49,106 nucleotides of DNA. Origin: Candidatus Woesearchaeota archaeon. Lineage in GTDB: Archaea > Nanobdellota > Nanobdellia > Woesearchaeales > GW2011-AR4. Position numbers and translations under genes: made by a program. The notes under the pieces are model-generated. The model searched no databases and was not told the DNA's origin. It saw nothing but the letters and a program-made list of their open reading frames with translations. This document shows positions 10,501 to 18,846 of this stretch, piece after piece; position 1 is the stretch's first letter; every line of letters begins with the position of its first letter. The stretch is taken from assembly GCA_016211245.1 (NCBI GenBank), contig JACQSQ010000055.1, positions 1 through 49,106 on the forward strand, read 5' to 3'.

Positions 10501-10699
10501 TTTTATCAGAATCAATTGAAAGATTGGATTTTTTGATATCATCTTTATTCGTTTCAGCATTATTAGCTATGTTTGTTGTTTCTATGCCAGCTACCTTTTC
10601 TTCTTCATTTTTGAAAAGATTTTTTATATTTATGAAATTTATAGGTGCATCTTCATCTTCTTTTGCTATAGGTGCATTTTCATCTTCTTTTGAATCCAA
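7568..10699 (-). CDS. aglB: Oligosaccharyltransferase AglB/STT3, copy 1
   Basis: DTDPYY, HPDND, TVEE, WWDFG, DMVKK; multiple TM helices; TTG start. Confidence 0.9.
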   Translation of the reverse strand: MDSKEDENAPIAKEDEDAPINFINIKNLFKNEEEKVAGIETTNIANNAETNKDDIKKSNLSIDSDKIKNFLESKEKLTIFFKKYGIVLLALIPIILSIYIRMQGINLPFADEWARNTVIENIRSDIRASIYQQFLNVPDANKDVIAETELSKVLKERKKDVDATTAYYSKRFREFYQDESKKNYMPDTDPYYWVRYAENIIKNGHPGDELRDGRPFDNHQLAPNGRFVVPDMFHSYSIAYFYKLARIFSSKISVTQSSFYFPVVISAVCVLIVFLIGRKAGGNMGGFFAGLMMAVNAAFLSRTLFAHPDNDVWVVFFPIIITWLFVIANSARKTLNLFIAATLAGFFTGVYAFAWSGWWYIFDFLIATVAIIIVYLILANFSEIKSNPKLLLTNTYLRNDFIFAFVYFLSASVFAVLFSGWNAFRNSLLGPLGFSSIKAQVLSLSLWPNVLTTVEELEEGSLSTIINSMGGNFLFFVSLVGLILAVSREEKLKKFDVFYIIGAIVFYGILFINVGTKLDPRIVYQSLPLSALLVWIMLPIIIRMIYSLYEKDISYDFRLSILLSLWIASTIFASIKGLRFILLLAPPFSIAFGVAVGKLFYYFSRWHSKEMRIYKPIVSSVLLVIILLLYVNPIKGAIDVVSYDVPIINDAWHNALVAIKKDSKPNAIITSWWDFGHNFKYITDRAVTFDGTTQTFPPAHWTGKLLTTSNEKEAIGILKMLDCGSDSAYNELVGINKDIHLTISIINEIILLDKNQAEGRLRKYNLNEENIKKILSYTHCSPPEAYFIVSEDMVKKAKVWSHFGSWSFERADLWKNARVMPQEEAVTYITGKFNYTRESAENFYFEMKSIENEPDKIISDGLANRFIAPRPGYAGQMTCSKNEDGIYVCPPLSNGGNAPLVFNVNLSSYDIYSQLQNQIFRPASAVFATEIGLFTKIFNNEAIGHSMTVVPKSKEEVEVIISSGELSGSMFTRMFYMQGHGLKHFKLFKHEMGLTGTDIYVYKIDWEGSNATIVGKYSDFWKPEVAAAQPILENNSTVSNTSQ
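10002..10090. repeat. 89-bp exact repeat, copy 1 (copy 2 at 13173-13261), inside the aglB paralogs
   Basis: AACATGTCTGG...CCGGGTGCCC identical at both positions. Confidence 0.9.
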
Positions 10700-10798
10700 C
10701 TCAAATCACCCTTCCAATAAATTACCAAAGATAAGAGATGTGTTTTAAAAAGCTTTTGATAACAATTATGAGTCGTGCTTGTATTTTATCGGTTTGAT

Positions 10799-13700
10799 TT
10801 AAGGAATGCTTGTACTGTTTTCAATTAGAACTACTTTCTCACTAGGCTCCTTTAAGATATATGCATATTCCGTTACTATAGTTGTATTCTTACCTTCCCA
10901 GTCAACTTTGTAGGTGTAAATATCTGTTCCAGTCAAACCACGTTGATGATTAACAAGTTTGAAATATCTTAATCCATGCCCCTGCATGTAAAACATTCTC
11001 GTGAACATGCTGCCAGTCAATTCATTGCTTGAAACAACAACTTGAACTTCTTCTTTGTTTATAGGTATAACTGTCATGCCATGCCCTGTCGCAGCATCGC
11101 TAAATGTTTTCTTATACAAACCATTTTCAGTTACAAAGGCAGCAGAACCAGGCCTAAAAGTCTTTCCCTGGAATACAGCATAAATATCATAATTGCTGGT
11201 ATTTATGTTAAAAACAAGGGCCACATTGTTCCCGATCCCTAAAGGTTGGCACACATAAAGCCCTTCTTCATTTTTTCTGCATGTCATTTGCCCCCCATAT
11301 CCCGGCCAGGGAGCTATCCAGGAATTTGCTTCACTGTCGCTTGAAATGGACAGCATTTCATCATAAACATTTTCAGCCCTATCTTTTGTATAATTAAACT
11401 TGCTTATCATATACTCTACAGCTTTGTCCTGCGGCAAACCTCTTGCATTATACCATAAGTCAGCCCTTTCAAAACTCCAGCTCCCAAAATGAGACCACAC
11501 GCCGCTTTTGCCTATCATATCTTCTGATGCTATAACAAAACCTTCTGGAGGGTTGCAATGGCTCATTTTTAGGACTTCTTCTGCTTGACTGCTGCTTAAG
11601 CCATATTCCAGCAATACACTCCTTGCCTTTCCCGTATCCAATAACATTATTTCTCTAATTATTTTTATGCTCTTATGTATATCCATTCCATATTCCTTAA
11701 GCTTTGTGTAAGCTTCGCCATTGCTGCAATCCAGAATTCTCATTATGCCAATAGCTTCCTGTTCGTTATCAGTCATGAAGAGCCTGCCAACCCAGTGAGA
11801 AGGTACATACGCTTGGGTAGTTCCATCAAACGTAACTGGCCTGTCAGCAATAGCTTTAAAATGATGCCCGAAATCCCACCAGGATGTTATTATTGCGTTT
11901 TCTTTTGAATTATCTTTTATTGAAATCAGGGTATTATACCACGCATCATTGATTATTGGTATATCCTGGCCGGCTGTATGGATAGCGCCTTTGATTGGAT
12001 TGACATACAACAGCAAAATTAACATAAACAGCATGCTGGCGCCAATTATTTTGTATATTTTGAGTTCTTTTGTTAACCATAGTAAACAATGAGAAAAAAA
12101 CATTCCAAGAACAACCCCGAATGCGACGCTGAAAGGAGGCGCAAGCAACAATGTAAATCTAATTCCTTTTATGCTTGCATACACGGAAGACACGACCCAA
12201 AGCAATAAAAGAAGTCCGAGCTTGAAATCGTAAGACGTGTTTCTCTTGTATATCATAATTAAAAATAACACAATAATCGGAAGAGATATCCAAATGATCA
12301 ACCCATTTATTCCAATATTTACCCCCCATCTTGTAAGCAGGAAATAGCTCGCGTAAAAGATTCCAGAAACAATTATATAAAAAATGTCAAACTTCTTATA
12401 GCCGTCTTTGCGCAAAACAGACAATAACAGCCCCAGCCAGCTTAAAAAAAAGAAAAACCTGCCGCCTACAGAATTTATGATGGAATTAATCGAGCCCTCA
12501 TTAAGCTCTGCAACAGTTGTCAGCACATTGGGGGTAAGCTCGCTTCTGACAGGAGTTTTTATTGCTCTGAAAGTAAAAGGCCCAATCACACTTTCTCTGA
12601 AAGTGTTGAAATCCTGAAACAATGTGGTGAATAAAATAGAGCTAAGCACAAAAATCAACAGCGCAATGAATATCATCTTGAAATCAGTCCTTAGGAAAAA
12701 TTCCTTTGGGCTTTTTCTCACATTATCCAAATGAACTAATGGCAAATAAGCAAGGGTAACAAGAAAAGATATCACAATAAAATCAAATATAAACCACCAC
12801 CCACCCCACGAAAATGCAAAAAAGCCAATGGACAATCCGCCAAATATGCTAAGCGCAGCTACTCCAAGCATCTTCTTATTCTCTACGATAAGAACAAAAA
12901 TCCACGTAATAAAAAGCGACCAGAAAACCACCCACATGTCCGTGTCGGAATGGCCAAATAATGTTCTGCCAAGAAAAGCAGAGTTTACAGCGAACATTAA
13001 TGAAGCAAAAAACGCGCTCATATTGCCCCCAATCTTTCTTGCTATTAAGAAAACCAGCAGCACATCTATCGCTGAGATTATAACTGGCACATACATTGTG
13101 GAGCGCATTAGCGTTATGGAAGGGATAACTATGCTTACCAACTTGTAGAAATAAGCCAAAAAATAAGCATTAAACATGTCTGGAACCACAAACCTGCCAT
13201 TCGGCGCGAGCTGGTGGTTGTCAAAAGGCCTTCCGTCCCTTAACTCGTCCCCCGGGTGCCCGTTTTTTAAAACGTTTTTGGCGTACCTATACCAGTAATA
13301 AGGGTCAATGTCTGGCATATAGTTTTTTCCATTTTCGTCCAAGAAAAATGACATGAAGTACTTGGAGGTTGCCTCAATTTGCTGGTTAATCTGAGCTTTA
13401 TTTCCACTTATGAAATTTTGGAGCTCCTTTTCTGCTATATCATTTTTATTTGCATCTGGAAGATTTGGAAACTTTTGATTAACATCATTTCTTATTTGCG
13501 ACCTTATGCTATTTATGACGGCGTTGGTTGCCCACTCATCAACAACGGGCAAATATGCAGCTTGCATCCTCACATAAATTGAAAGTATTATTGGAATCAG
13601 TGCTATTAATATAATTCCATATTTCTTAAAGAATTGCCGCACTTTACCCCAATTAACCGGAAAGGCATCATCGCTGTCTGAGTCGCTCGACTCTGCCTTA

Positions 13701-13990
13701 AAGAAATTTTTTATTTTTTCAAAATTAAATGATAAATTGTCGTCGCTTTCTACATGGTGGGCTTCATGTTTTTTAATAATCTGCTCTTGAGTAACCTTTT
13801 TTTCCTTGGGAACGCCATCAGCTTTGAATAAACTCCTTATTTTGCTGAAATCTATGGTAATTTCATCGTCCTTTGTTTCTGGGTTCTGCTTTTCGCGGTA
13901 TTCAGTGCTGTCGGATTTTGCCTTCTTTTTGAAAAAGTTCTTTATTTTGCTGAAATCTATGTCAATGTCATCGTCAATTTTTTGTTCCAT
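10799..13990 (-). CDS. aglB: Oligosaccharyltransferase AglB/STT3, copy 2
   Basis: DIDPYY, HSDTD, TVAE, WWDFG, DMIGK; multiple TM helices. Confidence 0.92.
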   Translation of the reverse strand: MEQKIDDDIDIDFSKIKNFFKKKAKSDSTEYREKQNPETKDDEITIDFSKIRSLFKADGVPKEKKVTQEQIIKKHEAHHVESDDNLSFNFEKIKNFFKAESSDSDSDDAFPVNWGKVRQFFKKYGIILIALIPIILSIYVRMQAAYLPVVDEWATNAVINSIRSQIRNDVNQKFPNLPDANKNDIAEKELQNFISGNKAQINQQIEATSKYFMSFFLDENGKNYMPDIDPYYWYRYAKNVLKNGHPGDELRDGRPFDNHQLAPNGRFVVPDMFNAYFLAYFYKLVSIVIPSITLMRSTMYVPVIISAIDVLLVFLIARKIGGNMSAFFASLMFAVNSAFLGRTLFGHSDTDMWVVFWSLFITWIFVLIVENKKMLGVAALSIFGGLSIGFFAFSWGGWWFIFDFIVISFLVTLAYLPLVHLDNVRKSPKEFFLRTDFKMIFIALLIFVLSSILFTTLFQDFNTFRESVIGPFTFRAIKTPVRSELTPNVLTTVAELNEGSINSIINSVGGRFFFFLSWLGLLLSVLRKDGYKKFDIFYIIVSGIFYASYFLLTRWGVNIGINGLIIWISLPIIVLFLIMIYKRNTSYDFKLGLLLLLWVVSSVYASIKGIRFTLLLAPPFSVAFGVVLGMFFSHCLLWLTKELKIYKIIGASMLFMLILLLYVNPIKGAIHTAGQDIPIINDAWYNTLISIKDNSKENAIITSWWDFGHHFKAIADRPVTFDGTTQAYVPSHWVGRLFMTDNEQEAIGIMRILDCSNGEAYTKLKEYGMDIHKSIKIIREIMLLDTGKARSVLLEYGLSSSQAEEVLKMSHCNPPEGFVIASEDMIGKSGVWSHFGSWSFERADLWYNARGLPQDKAVEYMISKFNYTKDRAENVYDEMLSISSDSEANSWIAPWPGYGGQMTCRKNEEGLYVCQPLGIGNNVALVFNINTSNYDIYAVFQGKTFRPGSAAFVTENGLYKKTFSDAATGHGMTVIPINKEEVQVVVSSNELTGSMFTRMFYMQGHGLRYFKLVNHQRGLTGTDIYTYKVDWEGKNTTIVTEYAYILKEPSEKVVLIENSTSIP
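13173..13261. repeat. 89-bp exact repeat, copy 2
   Basis: Identical to 10002-10090. Confidence 0.9.
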
Positions 13991-14134
13991 GAAATAAACT
14001 CCGTAATAATTAGGAAAGAGACGCCTTTTAAAAACTTTTGTAATAGAGTTGCGAGGACATTAACCTAAGCGCAGCATTTGCACCATTCCATCCCAGGATA
14101 GTAGAATTGCAATAGAAAAATCATGCCTAAAATA

Positions 14135-14803
14135 TTATCTAACAAAAAAGCTTTTTGGAATTTCTTCGAATGAACTGTATGATTTTATTCCCATTGCAGA
14201 TGCGCTCATTAAATCCCGTTTGTCGCTGTCGCCAATCATAATTACTTCTTCAGGCGCATATTTTAACAATTTCAGCGCAGAAACAAAAACTTGTGGGTTG
14301 GGCTTATCTTTTCCAGCCTCCTCAGAAGTCACTACCAAATCCACGAATTTGGATATTTCGAGATGAATAATCTTTCTTAACTGTATTTCAGCAGTCAGGT
14401 CTGTCAGAATTGCAACTTTTATTCCATTGTTCTTGCAAGCCGCAAGAAACTCCTTTGCAGCAGGGCTTAATTTCATGAACTTAAAATATTCTTCCCAAAA
14501 TAGCTTGTTATAATACAATGACAACTCTGGACTTGTTTTTCCAGTAAAGTTTTCTATAGTCCTCTTGAAATAAAGCAACCTGGAATGGGATGCCGCAGTT
14601 CCTTCAAGAAGTTTTTTAACTTGCAACCTGGCAATATAAAATATTTTTTCCGCTTCTTTATATGTCATTTTAAATCTCTTTGAAAAATCCCTCAAAACTT
14701 TTTGGAGGGCATTAGAATTGCATATTTCGTATTTGTAGATAGTATTGTCTAAATCCAATAATACTGCTTTAATTCCAGATGTGTTTCTACCACTTATTTG
14801 CAT
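14135..14803 (-). CDS. HAD-superfamily phosphatase
   Basis: LLDLDNTIY, KPNP, MIGDS..RD. Confidence 0.88.
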   Translation of the reverse strand: MQISGRNTSGIKAVLLDLDNTIYKYEICNSNALQKVLRDFSKRFKMTYKEAEKIFYIARLQVKKLLEGTAASHSRLLYFKRTIENFTGKTSPELSLYYNKLFWEEYFKFMKLSPAAKEFLAACKNNGIKVAILTDLTAEIQLRKIIHLEISKFVDLVVTSEEAGKDKPNPQVFVSALKLLKYAPEEVIMIGDSDKRDLMSASAMGIKSYSSFEEIPKSFFVR

Positions 14804-15371
14804 GTTCCTGTGAAACCATAACGGCGTCTATTTTAATTTTGTTCTTTGCAAGATAGCTCTTGTATTTTTTAATCTGATATTGCCTATTCCATCTTTCAGG
14901 AGAAACTAAGCAGATCTTAAAACCTAAGCTATCTAAGTCTCTATAAATTTTCTTATTCAAAGGAAGCTTAGTAAATGTATCCACCCAAATCCACTTGACC
15001 CTGTTTCCTAGAGAGAGGCAAGTTTGCACATTTTCAAATTCAGAGAATCTTATTGCCATTCTTCTAACACCTTCTTTAGCTAAAATGTACATAAATGGAA
15101 ATGAAACATTTAGCAGGAAATATTTAGTAATTTGATGCTTTTCACATAATCTAATGACTTGCTTCTCAATGCCTTCTTCCTTGACCTCTAGTACTATAAA
15201 AGCATGCCTGAAGTTTGAGAGATAATCATCGAGCAAATCTCCACCTTGGAAAGGCTCATGATTTAAAATTAGATTTTTTCCCTTTGTTCTTATGTCTACT
15301 TCAACACCATACTCTTTGGGAATATTTTTCAGTTCGCTTATTTTATTTACTCTATGAATAATTTTCAACAT
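14787..15371 (-). CDS. Glycerophosphodiester-phosphodiesterase/PLC-like protein
   Basis: IIHRVN, GVEVDIR, L.HEP, WIWVDTF, CLVSPE. Confidence 0.6.
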   Translation of the reverse strand: MLKIIHRVNKISELKNIPKEYGVEVDIRTKGKNLILNHEPFQGGDLLDDYLSNFRHAFIVLEVKEEGIEKQVIRLCEKHQITKYFLLNVSFPFMYILAKEGVRRMAIRFSEFENVQTCLSLGNRVKWIWVDTFTKLPLNKKIYRDLDSLGFKICLVSPERWNRQYQIKKYKSYLAKNKIKIDAVMVSQEHANKW

Positions 15372-15373
15372 TT

Positions 15374-16096
15374 TTACTTTTTAATATGATTTCTTAGCTT
15401 TATGGTAAAGTCTATTGTTCTTTTAATAAACTTTAGTTTTGTAGCAATGCTTGTATTCCAGCTTGACTGGCCATGAATCCTTTTTCTAAACAGCACAGGA
15501 AATCTTATTATTTCATACCTATTCTTCTTTGCCATGTAATAAAAATAAAGGTCAAATGAAAAATCATAAGGTGGCTCTTTTGTATTTCCAAGAAAATCCC
15601 TATGAAAGAGATTTGGCTGCGCATTGATGTCATAAAGCAGCTTTCTTAGAACTACTGTCTCAAAAACCGACATTCCAAAAGTAAAAAATGAATCAAATAA
15701 ATTTCTTCCTTGTCTTTTTCCTTTAACAAAGCAAATTCTTGGGTTTTTTTCTTTCATTATAAGATTATAAGCCTTAATACAATCTCCCAAATCCGTCTGC
15801 ATGTCCGCATGAGTCCAGCATAAGTAATTGCCTTTTGCAGCCTGAAGGCCGCTCCAAACTCCATAGCCATAGCCTATGTTCTTTTTTACATTTGCCATCC
15901 TTAGAAATTTATACTTTTTCGCAAGCTTTTCCATGACTTCTTTGGAGCCATCTAGCGAGCCATTGTTAACAAGAACAAGCTCTACTTTTGCATATTTTGG
16001 CATTACTTGTTTGAACCTTTCAACTATAAGTGGAATGTTTTCTTTCTCATTGTAGCAGGGGACTATGACTGATAAATTAATATTTGATTTTGGCAT
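15374..16096 (-). CDS. GT2 polyprenyl-phosphate glycosyltransferase
   Basis: VPCYNE, NNGSLD, NIGYG, THADMQTD, R.HGQS. Confidence 0.85.
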   Translation of the reverse strand: MPKSNINLSVIVPCYNEKENIPLIVERFKQVMPKYAKVELVLVNNGSLDGSKEVMEKLAKKYKFLRMANVKKNIGYGYGVWSGLQAAKGNYLCWTHADMQTDLGDCIKAYNLIMKEKNPRICFVKGKRQGRNLFDSFFTFGMSVFETVVLRKLLYDINAQPNLFHRDFLGNTKEPPYDFSFDLYFYYMAKKNRYEIIRFPVLFRKRIHGQSSWNTSIATKLKFIKRTIDFTIKLRNHIKK

Positions 16097-16097
16097 T

Positions 16098-16922
16098 TTA
16101 ATACTTTAATCGATTAAAAAAATTCTTCCAAAGCTTGAATTCTCCATCGTCTTTTGGCTTTAGATTATTCTTGCATAAGTATTCCCATTTTTGGTATTCA
16201 TACAAATCAGAAGGCTTTCCCCAGCTAACATAAAGATCAACATCAAAAATAACGCTTTTTTTGCCAAGCTTTTTATAAAATATTGGCATTGCGTCAACAT
16301 AGAACTCATTGTTTATCCTAAAATTCTCCTTAACCATAAGTTTATATGCTTTCTTAAAATCCATTGCTTTCTTGAAATAGAAGGTTGCAACAACAGCATG
16401 GTCATTAAATGGGTTTTTAGATACTGACACTTTAATTGACATATCCTTTATCATCTTTTTATCTTTTTCAAGCACTGCCCACCCCCATGCCTTAGGATTT
16501 TCTAAAAGCAGCTTATTTTTTGTGAAAGTCCAAACAATCGCATCAATGTCTTTTCTTTTGACAAGCTCATCGTATTTCTTCTTGTTATAAAGAAAGCTGT
16601 TGTCACATGCCGCAATAAATATCGGCTCATCTTTTTTTAAGTAAGGCATTGCCAGCATGCATGTTGAAGCCTGCCCTTCTGTTGTCTTTTCAACCTGTAT
16701 TATTATTGCGTTCTCTATATGGGATTTTATCAGACTATCCAGTTTATACTTCTCAACATGCTCTTTTCTTACAATGAATATGTTCTTATCAGATTTCGGA
16801 AGAGCTTCAATTACCCTGGATATCATCGGCTTTCCTGAAACTTGTATAAGCAGCTTTGGAAGAAGATAGCCTTCTGAAGCAAATCTGGAGCCAGTGCCTG
16901 CCATTGGGATTATGTTTGCCAT
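16098..16922 (-). CDS. Sugar-phosphate nucleotidyltransferase-like protein
   Basis: IIPMAGTGSRF..EGY..PK, TEGQA, NNEFYV, WGKP; start moved to the ATG at 16922. Confidence 0.8.
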   Translation of the reverse strand: MANIIPMAGTGSRFASEGYLLPKLLIQVSGKPMISRVIEALPKSDKNIFIVRKEHVEKYKLDSLIKSHIENAIIIQVEKTTEGQASTCMLAMPYLKKDEPIFIAACDNSFLYNKKKYDELVKRKDIDAIVWTFTKNKLLLENPKAWGWAVLEKDKKMIKDMSIKVSVSKNPFNDHAVVATFYFKKAMDFKKAYKLMVKENFRINNEFYVDAMPIFYKKLGKKSVIFDVDLYVSWGKPSDLYEYQKWEYLCKNNLKPKDDGEFKLWKNFFNRLKY

Positions 16923-16927
16923 GTTCT

Positions 16928-17836
16928 TTACTTTCCATAAGGATGCTCTTTGCTTTTTGAAAAGTATTTTTTCCAATAACCATAGCTCTTTTTATATTCT
17001 TTTGATGCTTTATTTAATTTTATCCTATAGTCAGGATTTCTTCCAACTGGTTCTGTAGTTACACCTTTTTTCTTTCCAGAAAGCGCTGCAAAATACCTTG
17101 ACCAAGATTCATATTCTTCCAGATCTTCAGGAGTCCCCCATTGCGCAAATTGCGCAATTTCCGGCACATAAACTTTAAGTTTATCTCTTTTGTATAGGTA
17201 AAAAATCATACTTATGTAATATTCCCCATTAAGGTTAATATTACTTTTCATCAATTCTTCTTGGTATTTCTTTAATTCAGAGCCCTTCTTGAAATAATAA
17301 ATTCCGCATGACTGGTGGCATTTTGTCGGAACATCTGTAAAGCAGTGCTTTTCCCTTATATCCTTCATGAAGCCGTTTTTATCAACTAGTACACCTGCAT
17401 ATAGCTTCTTGTGAAGAAGGTGAGGATGGAATCCGATATAGCACGGAACTGCACCATCGAATTTCATGGTTTTTGTTTTGCTCTTGAAATCTTCATAGTC
17501 CCAGACTGCATTGAAATCGCAATAGCATACAATTACATTTTCATTATCTTTAACATATGGAAAAGCGGATTTTATTGTAAATACAGGACCTCCCTTATGC
17601 GAGCCAATTCCTATTATTGTTGATTTTGGTTTTATTTTCTTAAGAATCAGGGCCATATTTGTATTCTTCAAATGCTTCTTGTTGCATATGAATACAAAAT
17701 CATTTTCTCCTGAAAACAATTCAACGACATACTTTATTATGAGTTTTCCGTCTACATTTATCAGCGGTTTCGGAATATTATAGCCGCTCCTGACAAATCT
17801 ATCACCGGTTCCTGCCATAGGGACAATAATCTTCAT
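16928..17836 (-). CDS. Sugar-phosphate nucleotidyltransferase-like protein (paralog)
   Basis: IIVPMAGTGDRF..GY..PKPLI, NGEYY, WGTPEDL; start moved to 17836 (ATGA overlap with the aldolase stop). Confidence 0.8.
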   Translation of the reverse strand: MKIIVPMAGTGDRFVRSGYNIPKPLINVDGKLIIKYVVELFSGENDFVFICNKKHLKNTNMALILKKIKPKSTIIGIGSHKGGPVFTIKSAFPYVKDNENVIVCYCDFNAVWDYEDFKSKTKTMKFDGAVPCYIGFHPHLLHKKLYAGVLVDKNGFMKDIREKHCFTDVPTKCHQSCGIYYFKKGSELKKYQEELMKSNINLNGEYYISMIFYLYKRDKLKVYVPEIAQFAQWGTPEDLEEYESWSRYFAALSGKKKGVTTEPVGRNPDYRIKLNKASKEYKKSYGYWKKYFSKSKEHPYGK

Positions 17837-18846
17837 TTTAGCCTCTGCCTGTATTTCTCGCTTTCCATGCTCTTTATGTTGTTGCATTCCATTTCTGACA
17901 GACATTTCGGTTTACTGAACTGCCTAATAACCAGCAAAATGTATAGCCATGCTGTAAGCACTCCTCCCATATATTTGCAGTTAATAGCGGAATTTTCAGG
18001 CAATGAAACACGCCCACTGCTGTATAAAGTTATTTTGTCTTTATCATGTTCGTCAAAAGAGAACCCTGCTGAGCAATAAACAGCAGAATCCGGAAACATG
18101 TGCTTTCGAACCAGTTCTTTATTTCCAGCAACTTTCATGAATTCCTTTACAATATTGCTGCTGAATTCACCAGAGCTATAATCCAGGTTTTCGTATTCTG
18201 GCAGGCTAATTTTATTTTTATCCAAGTAGTCTTTGACTAAGCTAATGATTTTATCAGTTACGTTTAAGCAATCTCTAAGCTCGTCTCCAGACACAATCAA
18301 GCCATGATTCTCCAATAAAATTACATACGATTGTCTATTTTCTTCATTATTTATTATATCAAATATTTCTTTTGAGAGCTCAATGCCGGGCGTTTTGTAT
18401 TCCACCCATATAGGATTGTATTGTTTTAATAGATTCATGATTATTTTTCCCCCATTACTGCTGCAAAGCAGTGCATTGACCAGAACAGGATGTGTATGGA
18501 TAACTGATTTTGAAAGAACTGCATGAAATCCTGTTTCTATCGAAGGCCTTGAAATGCTATTTTCGCTATTTTCGAGGCTCTGCTGCAGCATTCTGTTATA
18601 CTCTTTTTCTGCAGCAATCGAAAATGAGGAGTCTTTTATGGAGCTTAAATAATCCAAGATTTTTACGAAATTTATTTTGCAATAGCCCTTTGACTTAGTT
18701 ACTTCTGCAAGGCTTATCCCAGAAGATTTTACCAGCATAGATTTCGAATCAAGCTTCAAAGATATATTGCCGCCTCCTGCCTGTGCAAGCTGCTTGTTGG
18801 TTCCAATTTTTCTGCATATTAGTGCAAATTCCCTTTCTTTACGCAT
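17833..18846 (-). CDS. Class II aldolase/adducin-family protein
   Basis: GGGNIS, VKSSG, RPSIETGFH, VIHTHP, LENHGL. Confidence 0.85.
   Translation of the reverse strand: MRKEREFALICRKIGTNKQLAQAGGGNISLKLDSKSMLVKSSGISLAEVTKSKGYCKINFVKILDYLSSIKDSSFSIAAEKEYNRMLQQSLENSENSISRPSIETGFHAVLSKSVIHTHPVLVNALLCSSNGGKIIMNLLKQYNPIWVEYKTPGIELSKEIFDIINNEENRQSYVILLENHGLIVSGDELRDCLNVTDKIISLVKDYLDKNKISLPEYENLDYSSGEFSSNIVKEFMKVAGNKELVRKHMFPDSAVYCSAGFSFDEHDKDKITLYSSGRVSLPENSAINCKYMGGVLTAWLYILLVIRQFSKPKCLSEMECNNIKSMESEKYRQRLK

Noticed and set aside
14064..14125. Short minus-strand ORF of about 21 codons between the HAD gene and aglB (approximate coordinates)
   Set aside because: Too short and without recognisable homology or translation signal.
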